Source of the DNA: Eledone cirrhosa | Taxonomy: Eukaryota | NCBI GenBank assembly: GCA_964016885.1 | Contig: OZ024741.1 | Location: 98,580,001-98,644,000 of the forward strand | Direction of reading: 5' to 3' | Length of the DNA: 64,000 bases | Shown: piece after piece, positions 58,905 to 64,000 of the stretch | How the letters are laid out: each line of letters begins with the position of its first letter | Numbering within the stretch: the first letter of the stretch is position 1 | Translations under genes and position numbers: made by a program | The notes under the pieces: model-generated | The model's input: the letters and a program-made list of their open reading frames with translations, nothing else | Database searches by the model: none | Told to the model about the DNA's origin: nothing

Positions 58905-59466
58905 TATGAAAGTTGGAAAATCACTGACGAAGGACTATTTTTATCATATGTAACCCATGTGCAACCACGCAGTATTCTTTCTTCTCATGTTTTTTATATA
59001 TATTTACCTCGGCTGCGTTTGTCTGTTTCTCTCTTACTGCTTCCCCGCTCTCTCTGTTTCTCTCACCTTCTTTCGCCCCCTCTGTCAGTTACACCTCCTC
59101 TCGACTGACCTCTTCCTCGCACTTCCACTCACTCACTCTCTGTTTCTCCCCTTCTCACTTCCTCCCGTTTGGCTTGTAGTGGGTTCTCTTCCTGCTCACA
59201 TCTCACTCACGTCGGATGGTCTGTATATCTCTCTCGCTCATGAAATCCACCCAGCTTCGGCTGACCGGATAACCATGTTGCTTGTTTTTTCCTATCTTTG
59301 CGTTGCTTTCATCCTTCTATGTTGTTTACTTGTCTCACTCGCTTTACGCGATTTACTTGTCCCAATAGCTTTATTTAGCTATTGCTCGGAGGTATATGAT
59401 TTTTAATGCGATGTAATACCAATGAAGGTTGGAAAATCACTGACGAAGGACTATTTTTATCATATA
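58905..59466 (+). repeat. TA-flanked element with a ~45-bp terminal direct repeat (516-bp period) containing CTGACGA
   Basis: gttggaaaatcactgacgaaggactatttttatcatat occurs twice (core at 58924 and 59440). Confidence 0.7.
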
Positions 59467-59476
59467 TATCATATTT

Positions 59477-59525
<49 letters not shown>

Positions 59526-60203
59526 GTTGACTGAATAAGCACGAGTATGATTTTTCTAGTTATTTTTCCATTCCAATCTCTTCTCAGTTTTTATCTTTCT
59601 ATTTCATCTTTTATTTCTCATTCTATCGTCTGACGAAAGACGAGTATCCAAAACAATAAGAACCTTTTCCTGTTATTTCAAGCGTTAAACTAATATATTT
59701 CGTCATTGTACCGTGTTGTTTTCTTTGTTATTTCTGTTTACATTTTACACACGCACACTCACACACATAATATATATATATATATAGTTGTGGATGCTTA
59801 TACTTGTATATATATGTGTACATAAAGAGGAAATGCTTCGCATATTTTCACAGTAATATAAGGTTTGTTACTGCAATTTCTTAATTAGCCGTGCCCTTTC
59901 AGATTTTGTGAAGCGCAGTTTCTCAAAATTGGTGCTGCGATAGTTAATGGCATAACGAAATTATGTCAGTATGTATGTATGTATTTATGTATGTATGTAT
60001 GTTAGTATTTATGTATGTATGTATGTATGTATGTATGTATATATGTTTGTATGTTTGTATGTATGTTTGCATATATGTATTCGTATATGTATGTGTGGAC
60101 AAGTCATGCATTTGTGAATCTCTATGCTTTGATTTATGTATGCCTACTTGTATATATGCATATCGGTTTACGTGTGTATATGTTATATATATATATATAT
60201 ATA

Positions 60204-60274
<71 letters not shown>

Positions 60275-60509
60275 GTGTGTGTGTGTGTGTGTCTCTGTCT
60301 ATGTCTATGTCTGTGTCTGGGTCTGTCTATGTGTGTGTTTATACAACAGACTAAAATTCTGGAATGTGTTACATATTTTCACAATTCCATTAATAGCGTG
60401 TAATTGATATTTCCTAATAAGCTGTTTCCTCTCTCGTTTTCTGAAGCGCAGCTTCTCTCGACTGGTGCTGACGTAGCTAGTTACATAACCAAGTATCCAA
60501 ATAATTAGT

Positions 60510-60541
<32 letters not shown>

Positions 60542-60720
60542 TGTATGTATGTATGTATGTATGTATGTATGTATGTATGTATTCTGGGTTTATCCTTTAA
60601 AATGTTTCACCTATAGAAAAAGTATAGGCAATTATGCATGTAGGGAGATATGTACCTCTTCATCTCTAATATTTATGTGAAAAGTTTCAAATGTAATGGT
60701 ATATTAGATGGATGTATTGT

Positions 60721-60766
60721 AACTGCAAATTTAAACCAGGCAGATGCCTGGTTTAAATTTGCAGTT
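60721..60766. repeat. Perfect 22-bp hairpin palindrome
   Basis: aactgcaaatttaaaccaggca-ga-tgcctggtttaaatttgcagtt. Confidence 0.95.
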
Positions 60767-62123
60767 GTCAGAATAATAATTTGAGAATTAAAGTTTGCTT
60801 CTATAAGCCATTGTTTAGTCGATTTCTCCCATAATAAATCAAGAATTTGGACTGAAATTGCAGTGGAATGTATCTTCACGTGCTGATATATTTTGTGCAA
60901 CACTAATCCTTTTCTGTTAATTGCCCAGCCTTATTTTTTAAACTCGAAATGAGGCCAAATTTTAGAAAGGACCATACGTGCATTGTGATCACTAATAATA
61001 TCAGTTTATTACTGGTACTTTTTAATTTAATGTTTACTACTTAAAGCTGTGCTCTTGCATATCATTAGCCAATTCTTTTAAAAAAGAGAGAAAAAGAGAG
61101 AGCGATGTGGAGGATAAAATAAAAAGGAAATTTCCCCTGGTGGAATTAGAAATCAAAAAGACAAATTTACACTGCTATGAAATTAGTGACATGTGAAAAA
61201 TAAAAACACAGTTGGTTTGTGCAGATGTGTGTTAGAGAGATAAGTGAACTGTCATGTATTTGAAACAGTAAAACAGAAGAATATATAAAAGAGAGCAGTA
61301 GTAAAGGCAAAAGATATTCTACGGGGTAATTAGAACGTGACGTGTCCCGTCCCTAAACAATACGCCTTCTTCAAGCTGTTCTGCTAAATCTTTCATCTTT
61401 CACAGATGAAAAAATCATGGGAACATAAATTAACACCTAGACGCCACCCTAATCGAATAGTTGCCAACCCTCTCAGCAACAGTAAATGATTCTACGGAAT
61501 AGAAACACTATTGGTGTAACTAGTGACCTTATCTTACATGTTATACCAACACAGATGGTCCTAATGCGTTAACGAAATTAAGACAGTAAACTGTGACATC
61601 AGTTCCGCCTCTGTTTCACTTTATTTTGTCTTCGTCATCAGATAGCAACACCTCTGTCGCCATCAGATAACAGTGCCTCCTTCGCCATAAAATAGTCACA
61701 CCATCGTCACCGCCTTCAGGATATTCGGTTTCTCTTCACCAGTTGCTCGATGTCAACAATGTGATAACGTTACCACCCAACACCACTACCACACATAAAC
61801 GTTTTGTATGGCTTGTTTTAAATGTCTGTGCTCATGGCATTCACACACCCAACAAGATGTCGATAGAGCAGCTAGAAATAATAACCAAATCTTTCTCTTC
61901 ATAAAATCACAATCTGAAAAAAAAAATGTATTAGTTTCTGTAGTCCGGTGCGTAACAATGCATAAAATAGGTGGGATTGTAAGTTCTACAAGATATAATC
62001 ATAAGACTGCTAATGCTTGACTACCGTGGGTTAAACAACAGCAACAACTACCTTAATAATATTAGAAAAGGGCCAGTAATTTGTGAGGGGAAAGTAACTA
62101 AAACATTATTTCGTCGACAATGT

Positions 62124-62320
62124 AGGGCGGTGAATTAGCAGTACAGTATCGGTAGAGCGTCGGACACCATGCTTTGTGGCATTGAGTTACGACCCTTTAC
62201 GGTCTGAGTTCAAATCCCGCTGAGGTTAACTTTACCTTTCATTCATACAGGATCGATAAAATAAAGCACCAGTAACGTACTGGGGTCGATTTAATCGACT
62301 TTCCCCTCCCTACAAAGTTA
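62124..62320 (+). mobile_element. S1 SINE
   Basis: gggcggtgaattagcag start, B box and shared body. Confidence 0.85.
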
Positions 62321-62896
62321 TCGTCGGTGGTATTTGAACTCAGAAGGTAGAGGATCGTAACGAAATACTATAAAACATTTCGTCCGAGGTTCTGACGACT
62401 CTGTCTTTCTAATATTAGTAGCTGTCATTAGTTAGTCATTCTAATAAATATTTAATACTTTTTTGGTCGACTCCCTATTTCGCTTTACTTCACCAAATTC
62501 TTAATAAAATCGATGCATGGTACCTCCAGCATAGCTAAGCTTTGGGGTGAGTGTTAATTAGAATTTCTAACTTTAGTATCAAGCTACAAGTTTCTAGGGG
62601 AATATGTAAAATCGATAAATCAATACTATTATATGAACGTTGCAAGTTATTATTTTTTTAATCTAGTACGGAGAGATGAAAGGCAAAGTGAAAGCCGGTG
62701 GGAATTGAACTCTGAATTTATAGAGATGGAAGTAAATACAACGCACAAAGCGTTTCGATTGTCACTCTGCCATTTCTGTTACTCCGCCGCTTCAATCTAT
62801 AGATATAATGTTAGTAATGGACCTCAAATAGACAAAGCTTATGGACTACTTAACCCCTCTATTTCTTTCTTTCTGTACACATGCATACATACACAA

Positions 62897-62952
<56 letters not shown>

Positions 62953-62953
<1 letters not shown>

Positions 62954-63711
62954 AATACAATATCAGAGAAAGCTTTTTAGCGATACTCCGGCCAAATTCC
63001 AACTCACTCAACAAACATTAGGAAATAAGTGATTATATTCCTAATTATGCGTTCGGGGTGTTAACTAAAAGTATTGCGTGGAAAATTGGCTGTATTATTT
63101 CATATGAGACATATCGAATATATCTCTTCCCAGACGGACGTCTCGTTTCATTATAGGATTCCTACAATTTGGGTGAAATTATACCAATTTATGCAGGAGC
63201 TTGTATACCATCAATAGATATATATTCAAGTGGGCTCCTATAATTCATCAGTGGGTGCCCCAATAATACTAATATTGATAATCTAACCAACATTTAGCGA
63301 TAATCATCATCAGTGCCTGAGGTATCTGTCAGGTTGCTAGTCCAGCAGTTCTAAAGAAATGCTCAAACTGATTCAAAAATGAGGAAGTAAATTACCGCGA
63401 AAATAAACAATACATGCGCATGACAATGAACTCTAAAAGAAATTCAGGCCACGTGCTAGAACTCAATTGGAAATTGAAAAAATATCTATGTGTGTACGAC
63501 ATTTGATGACACACACAGATATTTTCTCGGGCAAAATAACAGAATGAGATATAAGGAACAATCAATATTCATATATAAAAAAATAAACAAAGAAAGCCTA
63601 ACCTTATACCGGGAATTTCAAATTTGCTGCACAAGAGTAAATAAATAAATACAATATCGGAGAAAGCTTTTTAGCGATACTCCAGTCAAATTCCAACTCA
63701 CTCAACAAACA
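62953..63711 (-). mobile_element. HHR-bearing element (family E) with 65-bp terminal direct repeats (~694-bp period), TA-flanked
   Basis: aaatacaatatc.gagaaagctttttagcgatactcc...caacaaaca occurs at 62953 and 63647, with an internal HHR. Confidence 0.75.
63129..63255 (-). ncRNA. Type I hammerhead with a 77-nt insertion in stem II (family E)
   Basis: CCCA CTGATGA ATTATAGGA-[77 nt]-TCCTATAAT GAAA CGaGACGTCCG TC TGGG. Confidence 0.78.
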
Positions 63712-63809
63712 ATATATACATATATATATATTGGAAAATGTGTGAAATCCTTGGTACAGTTATGTATATTTAGAAAAAAAGAAAATGACTTCACTTGTAG
63801 TTCTAAATA

Positions 63810-63990
63810 ATTGTTTCTACTTTTGGTACAAGGCCATCAATTACCCCAGAGCATTACTGGTACTTTATTTTATCGACTCCGTAAGGATGAAAGGCAAAGT
63901 TATCCACGGCGGGATTTGAACTCAGACCATAAAGGACGTAATTCTATGCTGCAAAGCATAGCATCCGACCCTCTACTGATACTGCCATTC
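63810..63990 (-). mobile_element. S1 SINE
   Basis: Reverse-complement match to S1. Confidence 0.85.
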
Positions 63991-64000
63991 CAAAATAATG

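Noticed and set aside
61391-61485. Possible exon (pyrimidine tract + cag, then ATG)
   Set aside because: Weak donor, no recognisable peptide and no neighbouring exons.

Overview
AT-rich, microsatellite-dense eukaryotic DNA. The SINE families and (TA)n/(CA)n load suggest an octopus or other coleoid cephalopod (inference). I see no convincing host protein-coding exon, and nearly all listed ORFs are translated microsatellites. Recognisable mobile DNA: (1) a young 5'-truncated Penelope-like retroelement (PLE; RT C-terminus plus GIY-YIG) forming a 1.28-kb head-to-head inverted repeat inside (TA)n; (2) an internally deleted hAT (Charlie/Buster-type) transposon with TIRs and an 8-bp TSD; (3) decayed hAT, RTE, R4/Dong and APE-LINE fragments, a Tigger-like MITE and many tRNA-derived SINEs. 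The main observation is a set of at least five dissimilar non-coding repeat families, all abutting (TA)n, that carry type I hammerhead ribozyme (HHR) folds with palindromic stem III. I read 14 HHR motif copies by eye (12 in these families, 2 in the PLE), some of them decayed. Most share a foldback architecture with an asymmetric 3' tail. Two families use a compensated U3-A8 core (UUGAUAA), and two have very long stem II insertions. This looks like a PLE-driven, (TA)n-targeting retrozyme-like system. All folds were derived manually and none has been tested.
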